A stretch of DNA of 20,000 nt from Chiloscyllium plagiosum (lineage: Eukaryota): assembly GCF_004010195.1 (NCBI RefSeq), contig NC_057757.1, positions 329,622-349,621 on the forward strand, read 5' to 3'. The position numbers and the translations under genes were made by a program. Below, in pieces: positions 10,472 to 19,949 of this stretch. Positions within the stretch are counted from its first letter, which is position 1, and each line of letters starts with the position of its first letter. The notes under the pieces are model-generated. The model was given only the letters and a program-made list of their open reading frames with translations. It did not search any database and was not told where the DNA came from.

Positions 10472-11295
10472 GCTAGGGCAGTTGCATGCTCTTCCTGCAG
10501 GATGTGGGAGCTAAGGGTCACCACTGGTGGTCCCTGCTGACTTCTCCTGTGAGAAATGCACCTTACTCCAGCTGCTGACAGACCGTGTTAGGGAACTGGA
10601 GCTGGATGAACTTTGGATCATTCGGGAGGCTGAGGGGGTGATGGAGAACAGTTATAGGGAGGTAGTCACACCGAAGTTACACAATAAAGGTAGCTGGGTG
10701 ACCGTCAGGAGAGGGAAAGGGAATAGACAGGCAGTGCAGGGGCCCCCTGCGGCCATTCCCCTCAATGATAAGTATACAGTTTTGGATACTGTTGGGGGAG
10801 GATGACCTACCAGGGGAAAGCCACAGCGGTCAGGTTTCTGGCACTGAGCCTGGCTCTGTGGCTCAGAAGGGAAGAGGGAAGCGTAGGACAGCAACAGTGA
10901 TAGGAGATTCAATCGTGAGAGGAACAGACAGGAGATTCTGTAGTCGCGAGCGAGACTCCTGGATGGTATGTTGCTTCCCGGGTGCCAGGGTCAGGGATGT
11001 CTCTGATTGAGGCTACAGGATTCTTAAAGGAGAGGGAGAGCACGGTACCAATGACATAGGTAGGGAAAGAAAGGAGGAGCTGAAAAGAGAATATAAGGAG
11101 TTAGGTTGGAAGCTATAAGGCAGGACGAGCAGAACAGTAATCTCAGGATTGCTATCGGGGCCATATGAGGCTAGGATCAGAGAGCGCGTGCAGCTGAACA
11201 TGTTGCTGCAGGGCTGGTGTAGGAGGGAGGGCTTCAGATATTTAGATCACTGGGATACCTTCTGGGGAAGATGGGATCTGTACAAGAAGGATGGG
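10472..11295 (+). mobile_element. CR1 ORF1 remnant (Cys zinc finger, coiled coil, SGNH/GDSL esterase), frameshifted
   Basis: CSSC..CEKC, RVRELELDEL, VIGDSIVRG, CCFPGARVRDV, GTNDIG and FRYLDHWDTFWGRWDLYKKDG. Confidence 0.9.
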
Positions 11296-11310
11296 TCCAC
11301 TTTACTGTCC

Positions 11311-11935
11311 ACTTTATTCTGTCTGATCCGTGCTGTCCCCGTCCTGGGAGCGTTTGATGGAGGAACATTGTAGAGTGAGCTTTACTCTGTATCTAACTCC
11401 GTGCTATCCCCGTCCTGGGAGCGTTTGATGGAGGAACAGTGTAGAGTGAGCTTTACTCTGAATCTAACCCCGTGCTGTCCCCGTCCTGGGAGCATTTGAT
11501 GGAGGAACAATATAGAGGGAGCTTTACTCTGTATCTAACTCCGTGCTGTCCCTGTCCCTGGGAGTGTTTGATGGAGGAACAGTGTAGAGTGAGCTTTACT
11601 CTGTATCTAACCCCATGCTGTCCCCATCCTGGGAGCGTTTGATGGAGGAACAATGTAGAGGGAGCTTTACTCTGTACCGAACCCCATGCTATCCCCATCC
11701 TGGGAGCGTTTGATGGAGGAACAATGTAGAGAGAGCTTTACTTTGTATCTAACTCCGTGCTGTCCCTGTCCCTGGGAGGGTATTAATGGAGGAACAGTGC
11801 AGAGTGAGCTTTACTCTGTATCTAACCCCGTGCTGTCCCCGTCCTGGGAGCGTTTGATGGAGGAACAATATAGAGGGAGCTTTACTCTGTATCTCATCCC
11901 ATGCTGTCCCTGTCCCTGGGAGTGTTTGATGGAAC
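11311..11935. repeat. 71-bp minisatellite (~8.7 units)
   Basis: TTTACT(C/T)TG recurs at 11381, 11452, 11523, 11595, 11666, 11737, 11810 and 11881. Confidence 0.95.
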
Positions 11936-12057
11936 TCCCTGTAAATACTCTCATACTCACAGCAGCGTACTGTGATGCCACACCTTGGTTTCTCCTCCTC
12001 AAAATCCCAGCCCCAGAGTTTTATGAATTTAAAATGCTATGTAAATGCATACATGTT

Positions 12058-12180
12058 TTTAAGAAGAGTCATCCTGGACACGAAACACTAACTCTGCTTC
12101 TCTCTCCACAAGTGTTGCCAGACCCAGTACGTTTTCTGGTTGTTTTAAATTTCAGTTTTCCACCATCTGCTATATCTTGC
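12058..12180 (+). mobile_element. Degenerate terminus of a second Penelope-like family
   Basis: AAGAAGAGTC-ATCCTG-GACAC-GAAACAC is a decayed hammerhead-like layout. It is followed by TGTTGCCAGACC and CCACCATCTGC, similar to the other PLE termini. Confidence 0.5.
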
Positions 12181-12424
12181 CTCTGTATCAGTGCAACTTT
12201 TCTTTTGTTTTTGGTGTCTCAAAGCCCATTTTGTGGTGAGCGAAGTTCTCTCTCTGTAATCGGCATGCCAAGTTGTTGGGTTATTTTCCCTGATCCACTG
12301 TTTTCAATGTTGGTGACCAGCCCCTTCGTCACCTTACAAAGTGCCTGCACTTGCAGGAGAACAGCTCGTCCTTCGGCAGAGGAGTTTGCTAAGGCACAAA
12401 AGGACTTTTTTTTAATCTTCATGA

Positions 12425-12738
12425 ATGAAAGCATCACTGGTGAGGCCAGCATTTATTGCCCAGAAGGTAGTTAAGAGTCAACCACATTGGCTATGGGTCT
12501 GGAGTCAAGTGTAGGCCAGACCAGGTAAGGATGGCAGTTTCCTTCCCGAAAGGACATTAGTGAAGCTGAGAGTTTTTCTGACAACGGACTCATGGTCATC
12601 ATTGGACTCCTAATTCCAGATCCTTATTGAATTCAATTTCCCTCCATCTGCTGTAGCCAGGCTTGAACCCAGATTCCCAGATCATTATCTGGCTCTCTGC
12701 ACGAATACCAAAGCGATCATACCATTCGACCATTGCCT
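12425..12738 (-). mobile_element. tRNA-derived SINE, near full length
   Basis: The minus strand starts AGGCAATGGTCGAATGGT and has B-box GGGTTCAAGCC. Its central domain is shared with 9765-9962 and it has an A-rich end. Confidence 0.75.
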
Positions 12739-13292
12739 AGCCACTTGGACATCAGGATTAGCTCAGAGGTAAACAAAACGAACTCCTTGTTATTTATGTC
12801 TGCGTTTGGAAGCTATTCTATCATGACCAATTAACACTTATTAACTTCCAGGTTTGACAACATCCAGTAAGCTCCTTAGCTGACGTCAAACCTGTCCCTT
12901 TAATCCCTCCTGATGTCTTCCCTTAATATTTAAAAGTGTGTTTAAATGTCAGACCCAATAAATAACAGGAGACATGTCCCATATGTAGTGGGTGCTGACA
13001 CACTCAGTGGAGCCCCTGCCCCAGCTGCTGGATTGAGATCCTTTCTCTGGGCATCATCCCTGATAGATCCCTGTGACAAGATTCAAGGCATTCCCAATCC
13101 AATTTCCAATGGCAGGGAGCCCACAACAAATACCCCCATTCCCCCTTTGTGAGGATTGGGAGTTTGCAGACAGGAGGACAGTGTCGATGATGTGTGGACA
13201 GATGTTGGTTTAAACTGAAATTGAAATCACAAGGAATAAACATCACAGCAAACATATTCTACTACTGACCCCAGGCTCTACCTGTCATTTAA

Positions 13293-13782
13293 CAGTGTAG
13301 AGAGAGCTTTGCTCTGTATCTAACCTTGTGTTGCCCCTGTCCTGGGAGTGTTTAATGGCGGGGGACAGCGTAGAGAGAGCTTTACTCTGTATCTAATCCC
13401 ATGCTGCCCTGTCCTGGGAGTATTTGATGAGGACAATGTAGATGGAGCTTTACTCTGTATCTAACCCCATGATGGACATGTCCTGGGATTGTTTGATGGG
13501 GACAGTCGAGGGAGCTTTACTCTGTATTTAACCCAGTGTTGTCCCTATCCTGGGAGTGTTTGATGGGAGGACAATATAGCAAGAGCTTTACTCTGCATCC
13601 AACCCCATTCTATCCCTGTCCTGGGGGTTTTTTGACAGGAGGCAGTGTAAAGGGAGTTTTATTCTATATCTCATCCCATGCTGTCCCTGTCCTGGGAGTG
13701 TTTGATGAGGGGGATCAGATTAGAGGAAGCTTTACTCTGTATCCAAACCCGTGCTGCCCCAATCCTGAGAGTGTTTGATGGT
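13293..13782. repeat. Second, more diverged array of the ~70-bp minisatellite (~7 units)
   Basis: Same GAGCTTTACTCTGTATCTAACCCC..GTCCTGGGAGTGTTTGATGG unit and orientation as 11311-11935. Confidence 0.92.
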
Positions 13783-13857
13783 GATCCCAGTTTTCCTGCT
13801 CGATTCCCAGCTCCCTCCTTTGGTCAGCAGCAAGCCTAGCTCTGTACAATAGCATAC

Positions 13858-13989
13858 CAAGGAGAGCCTGAAAGAGGTCACTGTGGAAGATGCTGAGGAG
13901 TTTCTGGGTTCTTGTCTTGAAGCGATTATCCTGAGCTGGATCCGGTTTCGGCTGATGCTCCTCCATCAGCTGTAGCTTTCTGTGGGTAT
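13858..13989 (-). CDS. dlg4: DLG-family MAGUK L27-domain exon: (D)[43 protein letters not shown]
   Basis: gttttgtctatccag|AT ACC...CTC CTT G|gtatgc; 132 nt, phase 1-1. It aligns without gaps to DLG1 [53 protein letters not shown] matches PSD-95beta. The family call is firm; the paralog call is less so. Confidence 0.88.
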
Positions 13990-14257
13990 CTGGATAGACA
14001 AAACACCACCAGCAAGTCAGCTTGGCTGGAGCAACAAACACATGCCCCCACCCCCCCCAAAATCTCCAACTGCCACAGATCATCACTCAGGATCTCAATT
14101 GGCCTTGTCAAGATGACTAAGGCAATTGCTACAACTGGTGAGCACCTCGTCTCTGGGAAGGAGATAGTAGGGCAGAGACACAGATACCAAGAAAGTATTG
14201 GTTTGCATTTAAAGAAGATGTCAGCTAAAGCAGTGCTGTGCAAGTGTAGTCACTGGA

Positions 14258-14490
14258 ACCAACTTTTCTCACAGCGAGTGGTTGGTGCATGAATACACTG
14301 CCTGACAGCATGGTGGAGGTAGGTTCAATTGAGGCGCTTAAGATGAAATTAGACTGCTACTTGAAAAGGAAGAATGTGCACAGTTACAGGGAAAAGCGAG
14401 GAGAATGGCAATAAGCAAATCACTCCTCAGAAGAGCCAATGCAAATATGATGGGCTGTATGGCCTCCTTCTGAGTCATAGCAATTACACA
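14258..14490 (+). mobile_element. Old CR1 3' fragment
   Basis: Encodes NFSHSEWL / RVVGA*NTLP..VVEVGSIEALKMKLD-like sequence, plus the tail GATGGGCTGTATGGCCTCCTTCTG. Confidence 0.75.
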
Positions 14491-14559
14491 GTTCAACATG
14501 GCAAATCTTTCCATGCCTCACCACCTCCCTCTCTCTGTAACTTCCTCCAGCTATATGGT

Positions 14560-14690
14560 CGTAGAGCGCAGAAACAGACCCTGCGGTCCAACTAGTCCAT
14601 GCTGAACATAATCCCAAACTAAACTAGCCCCACCTGCCTGCTCCTTACCCATTTCCCTCCAAATTGACCCTATTCATGTTCCTATCTAAT
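14560..14690 (-). mobile_element. CR1/HER1 3' UTR fragment
   Basis: Homologous to 10070-10200 and, in reverse, to 6980-7075. Confidence 0.8.
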
Positions 14691-15026
14691 ATTCCGAGGT
14701 CTCTGTTCTCCTCCAACTCCAAGCTCTTCAGCATCCCCTGATTCCCATCGCTCCACCATTGGCATCTGTGCCATCAGCTGCCTGGAGACCCTACCCTTTG
14801 AAATTCTCTCCCTCCAAATAAGAGGCTCCTGGACAAATGGTTGTTCAAGCTTTAGGTCACCTGTCCCAAACATCTCCCTTTGTGGCCAAGGGCCAAACTT
14901 TGCTGGATAACAATCTTGCTTAGCCACTGGGAACACAGTTGCAGCAATAAGTGTACTATACAAATGCAAACTGCAATATAACATACAAAGGCAAGCGTGC
15001 AGGAAGGAAGAAAACCTTAAACTCAC

Positions 15027-15035
15027 GGTCCCTTT
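15027..15035 (-). other. Candidate 9-nt microexon (AAAGGGACC) of the DLG gene
   Basis: ctaat branch-like motif, then ctcccccacccccctctttag|AAAGGGACC|gtgagt. Confidence 0.45.
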
Positions 15036-15319
15036 CTAAAGAGGGGGGTGGGGGAGATTAGGAGACAGAGTTCTAGAGAGACACTGGAATTTCACAAATC
15101 TATCAATAACACAGTAGCCAAGTAGAAAATCACAAGATATTTACATCAACAGTGAAAACAAACGCAACATAGCACTCCAGGAGAATCTTAGCTGGGAGAA
15201 AGTTGGGAAAGTATAACTGGTTAGGGAGTTCACTCAACATTTATGTGAACAAAACACAGCAAAGTACAATCTAGGAAAAGTACTAACGGGTTGCATTTAT
15301 TAATTTGCTGCCATGTTAC

Positions 15320-15450
15320 CTCGTTTGGAGATTGCAGGTGCCCAGAAAACGTTTTTTTTCCTTCTCTTGATCCTCAGTCAAACCCATTAGCAGCCAAGGA
15401 TTAGAGTGGATTCTGATTAGCCCAACTGCGCCTGTGTGGCCTTCACCACA
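15320..15450 (-). other. Candidate first exon of the L27 (beta) isoform; 5' limit uncertain
   Basis: Donor CGAG|gtaaca at 15320/15319, in unique sequence just downstream of a ZNF143-like motif. In the L27 frame it ends ..APAISKR|D. Confidence 0.4.
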
Positions 15451-15468
15451 CATGCTGGGACTTGTAGT
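15451..15468 (-). promoter_or_regulatory. ZNF143/Staf (SBS)-THAP11-type promoter motif
   Basis: Minus strand ACTACAAGTCCCAGCATG matches ACTACAnnTCCCAnnATGC. Confidence 0.75.
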
Positions 15469-15628
15469 TTCTGCAAAGGACCAAAACTTCTGAATGTCAG
15501 TAGAAAAGCTGTCCTTCTCGGTGTTTCATCAACCTCAGGCCATTCTGCTATTCCTTTGCAAGGAGGCCAGTGCTATCCACCTGTTGGAGGAGCTGAATGC
15601 TCCCTGTTATTGTAATTGAAGAAGGCGT

Positions 15629-15652
15629 TGGGACTACAACTCCCAGAATTGC
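15629..15652 (+). promoter_or_regulatory. ZNF143/Staf (SBS)-THAP11-type promoter motif, opposite orientation
   Basis: TGGG-ACTACAACTCCCAGAATTGC. Confidence 0.7.
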
Positions 15653-15885
15653 CCTCAGATTAAAGAGCCAGGGAGGAACCTGTAAAAACACCTTGTCCCT
15701 CCAGTCCCTCAGACTAGCTTCTGAAATAGTGTTAATTTTTCATTTTTTTTGTTCCCTGACCAAGGAGTAAATACCTATGCAAACTGCCAGTTGCCACAAT
15801 TGCAGAAACTTGCATTTGTTATGAGGTTGAAGGCATGTATTGTACCTTTAAGAGAGTGTGAATGCTATTCTCAAACATAGAACAT

Positions 15886-16198
15886 GTGGGTGGCACGGTG
15901 GCACAGTGGTTAGCACTGCTGCCTCACAGCGCCAGAGACCCGGGTTCAATTCCCGCCTCAGGCGACTGACTGTGTGGAGTTTGCACGTTCTCCCCGTGTC
16001 TGCGTGGATTTCCTCCGGGTGCTCCGGTTTCCTCTCACAGTCCAAAGATGTGCAGGTCAGGTGAATGGGCCATGCTAAATTGTCCGTAGTGTTAGGTAAG
16101 GGGTAAATGTAGGGTTATGGGTGGGTTGCGCTTCGGCGGGTCAGTGTGGACTTGTTGGGCCGAAGGGCCTGTTTCCACACTGTAAAGTAATCTAATCT
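15886..16198 (+). mobile_element. Full-length HE1-type V-SINE
   Basis: A box TGGCACAGTGG, B box GGTTCAATTCC, V-domain TGTGTGGAGTTTGCACGTTCTCCCCGTGTCTGCGTGG and (TAATC)n tail. Flanked by AAACATAGAACAT at 15873-15885 and 16199-16211. Confidence 0.93.
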
Positions 16199-16772
16199 AA
16201 ACATAGAACATTACAGCGCAGTACAGGCCCATTAGCCCTTGATGTTGTGCCAACCTGTGAAGCCAATTTGAAGCCTATCTGTCCTACACTATTCCATTCT
16301 CATCCATATGCCTATCCAATGACCATTCAAATGCCCTTAAAGTTGGCGAGTCTCCTACTGTTGCAGGCAGTGCATTCCATGCACCTACTACTGAGTAAAG
16401 AAACTACCTCTGACATCGGTCCTATATCTTCCAACCTTCAATGTAAAGCTATGTCCCCTCATGCTAGCCATCACCATCCAAGGAAAAAGGCTCTCACTAT
16501 CCACCCTATCTAATCCTCTGATTATCTTATATGTCTCAATTATGTCGCCTCTCAACCTTCTTCTCTCTAACAAAAATAGCCTTAAGTCTCTCAACCTTTC
16601 CTTGTAAGACCTTCCCTCCATACCAGGCAACATCTTAGAAAGCTTCCACATCCTTCCTATAGTGCGGTGACCAGAACTGTACTCAATACTCCAAGTGTGG
16701 CTGCACCAGAATTTCGTACAGCTGCAACATGACCTCGTGGCTCCGAAACCTAATCTCTCTACCAATAAAAGC
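16199..16772 (-). mobile_element. CR1/HER1 LINE 3' fragment
   Basis: Encodes VMLQLYEILVQPHLEY and MLPGMEGRSYKERLRDLRLFLLERRRLRGDIIETYKII..TDVRGSFFTQ. Confidence 0.92.
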
Positions 16773-17212
16773 TGAAGCTGAACGGAGAGATTGCAAGCAC
16801 CTGTGTATACAACTGGATGGCAGACCCAGAGTGTACTGGAAAATTGAAAATAGGCAAATTAGGCTGTGAAATGGATACCTGAGTTTTGGTTGTTGTCTTG
16901 ACAACAATTTGAATTTAACCAATTAGTTTAAATTATGCCCAGGATACCAGAAGCCAGTGAAAGTTGAATTTTATTGCTTTGACACCTGGAAACCAATCAA
17001 ATTATAAGAATTTAATTGTCATGGGAGGACATATAAGTCCGATATTGTGAAAATTAGGGGACAACAACTGCCAAAGTGAGAGCAAGTGCCAAAGGGAGAG
17101 CAACCACTGTAGAGACAGGAACTGCCGGAAAGCTAAATGCCTATCGAACATGATGCTCTAAAAGATATCAGAAAAAACCCTCTCTATAAAAGGTACCTTT
17201 TTCATGTAAAGC

Positions 17213-18155
17213 TGAGGGGAAAGTGAGGAATCCAGATGCTGGAGATCAGAGTCTAAGAGCTGGTGCTGGAAAAACACACCCTGTCAAGAAGCATGAGAAG
17301 GAGCAGAAGAATCGACGATTCAGGCATAAGCCCTTCATCAAGAATGAGGATTGTGGGCTGAGGGGCTGAGAGATAAAACAGAGGGGAGGGGGTGGGGGGG
17401 AAGGTCGCTTTGAATGTGATAGGTAGATGGAGGTGGGGGTGATGGTGACAGGTTGGAGAGGAGGGTGGAGCAGATAGTTGGGAAGGAAGGTGGACAGATA
17501 AGATAGGTCATGAGGGCAGTGCTGAGCTGGAAGGTTGGATCAGAAATAAGGTGGGGGAGGGGAAATGGGGAAACTGATGAAATCCACATTGATGCCATGG
17601 GATTGGTGGGTCCCAAGGTGAAAGATGAGGCATTCTTCATCCAGGTGTCGGTTGGTTAGGGTTTGGCGATGGAAGTGGCTCAGGGCCTGCATGTCCTTGG
17701 TGAAGTGGGATGGGAATTAAAGTGTTCGGCAACAGGGCAATGGGGTTGGTTACTGCGGGTGTACCACAGATATTCTCTGAAATGATCTGCAAGTTGGCAT
17801 CCTGTCTCCCCAGTGCAGAGGAGACCACATCGGGTTTGGCGGCTGCAGTAGTAATGTGTGTGGAAGTACAGATAAATTTCTGTTGGATGTGGAAGGATCC
17901 TTTGCGGCCTTGCACAGAGGTGAGTGGGGAGGTGTGGGTACAGGTTTTGCACTTCTGCAATGGCAGGGGAAGGTCCCGGGAGGGGAGGGTGGTTTGGTGG
18001 GGGGCATGGATCTAACAAGGGAATCACGGAGGGAATGGTCTCTCCGAAATGCTGATAGGGGTGGGGAAGGAAATATATCTCACGTGGTGGGGTCTGTTCG
18101 TACAGGTGGCAGAAATGGTGGATGATGATGTGGTGTATCTGGAGGAAGGTGAGGC
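17213..18155 (-). mobile_element. 5'-truncated Penelope-like retroelement: degenerate GIY-YIG endonuclease, pyrimidine-rich 3' region and hammerhead-type terminus
   Basis: PGTFPC..KCKTC..KFICTSTH / YYC..RCGLLCTGETGCQLADHFREYL..PVAEHFN. A 10-bp TSD CATGTAAAGC lies at 17203-17212 and 18156-18165. Confidence 0.9.
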
Positions 18156-18302
18156 CATGTAAAGCCTATTTGCAATGAAAAGAAAGAAGATGAGATCAGG
18201 GAGATCAGCAGACAGAAGAGTGAAGACACAGATGACAGAGACTGTGTGATTTTGAGATTAAGTTAATGTAATTTTAATAAGCGTCTTATTGGAACAGTCT
18301 AG

Positions 18303-18900
18303 TGTTATGAAGGTGTAGAAGTGTATTGTACCTTTAAGAGAGTGAAGGACTTGGCAAGCACACCAAGAGCTGGAGACTTTACAAAGTAACATTTTGTTCA
18401 GAACAGATAGCACTGGTTGAATTTTTATGAGAAAAACAAATTCGAATTCGGCCAATCGGTTTAAATTAGACCCCGAAAATACCAAATTCCAATCAAGTTT
18501 GAGTTTAGTATATTGACAATCTTAAAAACTAATGACACAATCTGATGCTTTGGGGGTATAAGACCAAGGAAAATCTAACAGTTGGGAGGAGAACTACCAA
18601 ATCAGTATGTAGAGACTACCTGAAAAATAGCTCTCTTAAAGGTACATTTACCGATCAATAACCTGTGAAGCAGAATCCCCAAGAAGAAGAAAAGAAGTCA
18701 GGAATACAAAGAAGTACCAAAAGCTGCCTGGTTTTGATATAAAAAGTTTTGTTTTGTAAATCTTAATCGGGAGTTTCATCAGACTAGTATTGTAGAAGGA
18801 GAAAGTAAAAGAAAGGTTAGAGGAAGGAGTTGTAAATAGTTGTTAGTTAATCATTCTCTGTTATACTTTAAGAAATAAAGTTGTTTCTTTATTTTAAAAA
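18303..18900 (+). mobile_element. LTR-like element B (related to A), 3' end missing
   Basis: TGTTATG start, CCAAT boxes, GGGGTATAAGA at ~18552-18562 and AATAAA at 18874-18879. Confidence 0.65.
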
Positions 18901-18919
18901 ACCTGTTCTTTCATGAAGC

Positions 18920-19660
18920 AGCTATTGATAGGGTGCCAGATAAGACGTTATGCCATGAATGCCTATCCTGCTGCATTCTGCATTGTAGTCACTGTCTTCT
19001 AAGATCTGCATCTCCTTCTCAACTTCCCTCAGGAGAGAAGACAAAAGAGAAGTGTAAAGTTCTCCTGCTGCTGCATCCTGGACATTGTCATCTTCACCTT
19101 GAGCTTCAGTTTCCTCCACAGCAACACGTTGTTATAGACCAGTCTCCACTTCTTTCAATCCAACTTGCTTTGAAAAAGCGAATGATGTTCTTTGATTGCT
19201 GGAAGCTCCTCTGATCATTCAACACCTTTAAAAGCATGAAGAAAATCTGGGAGGAGCTTCTGACAAACTGCACGCAAGCAGTCCTTACTGACATCACCCC
19301 AGGCCCATTATTCCCCTCTGTAGCTACCATTAGCTTCCCGAATGTGTGCCTTAAATAATAAGCTTTAAAAGCTGCTATTGTACCCTGGTCCATGGGTCGA
19401 CTGAAAGAGGTTGTGTTCAAAAGTATAAATAGCACTTTTTAGTGTTTTCAGAAAGCTCACAGATGGTGGGAGGATAACTTGGTGCAATGTCCGGAATGAG
19501 GAGAATCTTGAAATCCAAATATTTTCTAAAAACGTCCTCAAAAACATCAACAATAAGGTCAGAAAAAATTTGCCCCGTCATCCAACCTCTTTTGCTTGAC
19601 CTGCAATAAACACCAAGAGTGGACTTAAGGCAACTGGGGATGGATCGCATATTAGTCAAT
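18920..19660 (-). mobile_element. Degenerate pogo/Tigger DDE transposase fragment
   Basis: LGVYCRSSKRGWMT, KILLIPDIAPSYP (compare KILLILDNAPGHP), NTTSFSRPMDQGTIAAFKAYYLRHTF and an acidic C-terminal stretch. No TIRs found. Confidence 0.88.
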
Positions 19661-19744
19661 GGGAGTTCATGTTTTTAAAAAGTCCATCCCCAATTCACCA
19701 ATCGCTTTCCAGCCAAATCACATTGATAAAATGCACACGATAGG

Positions 19745-19878
19745 AGAATGACCTGCACCTCAATTAGATTTCCTCTCATTCTTCTAAAATCCAGGGAGTA
19801 TAGGCCTGAAGTGCTCAATCTCTCTTTATCGAACAAGTCTTATCAAATGCCTTCTGGAAATCCAAATATATCACATGG
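19745..19878 (-). mobile_element. Short CR1 fragments
   Basis: The minus strand encodes RLSTSGLYSLDFRRMRGNLIEV and DIFGFPEGI / YLDFQKAFDK. Confidence 0.65.
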
Positions 19879-19949
19879 GAAGAATGCATTTCTTCTATAA
19901 GGAGCAATAGGAACTTGAAGGTACATATTTAAGGTAATTATTAAAACAA

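Larger units (their letters stand above)
15817..18302 (+). mobile_element. LTR-like element A, in pieces (15817-15872, ~16773-17212, 18156-18302) split by later insertions
   Basis: Starts TGTTATGAGG..TGTATTGTACCTTTAAGAGAGTG like the copy at 18303. It has CCAAT boxes and a TATAA at ~17032, and is collinear with LTR B. Confidence 0.65.

Noticed and set aside
10765..11295. Host GDSL lipase gene
   Set aside because: Intronless and frameshifted, preceded by a CR1 ORF1 zinc finger and coiled coil, so it is the retroelement esterase domain.
11686..12474. Longest ORF (262 aa, + strand)
   Set aside because: It runs through a minisatellite, a PLE terminus and a SINE tail, with no recognisable domain.
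14146..14190. Strong-looking minus-strand acceptor at 14153-14154
   Set aside because: The only nearby donor (GTGCTC) is weak and gives a 7-nt frame-breaking exon.
15886..15960. tRNA gene (also 3335-3394, 7130-7206, 12650-12738)
   Set aside because: These are SINE heads with A/B boxes only and continue into SINE bodies.
18920..19660. Domesticated TIGD/CENP-B-like gene
   Set aside because: Multiple frameshifts and altered catalytic motifs indicate a decayed transposon.
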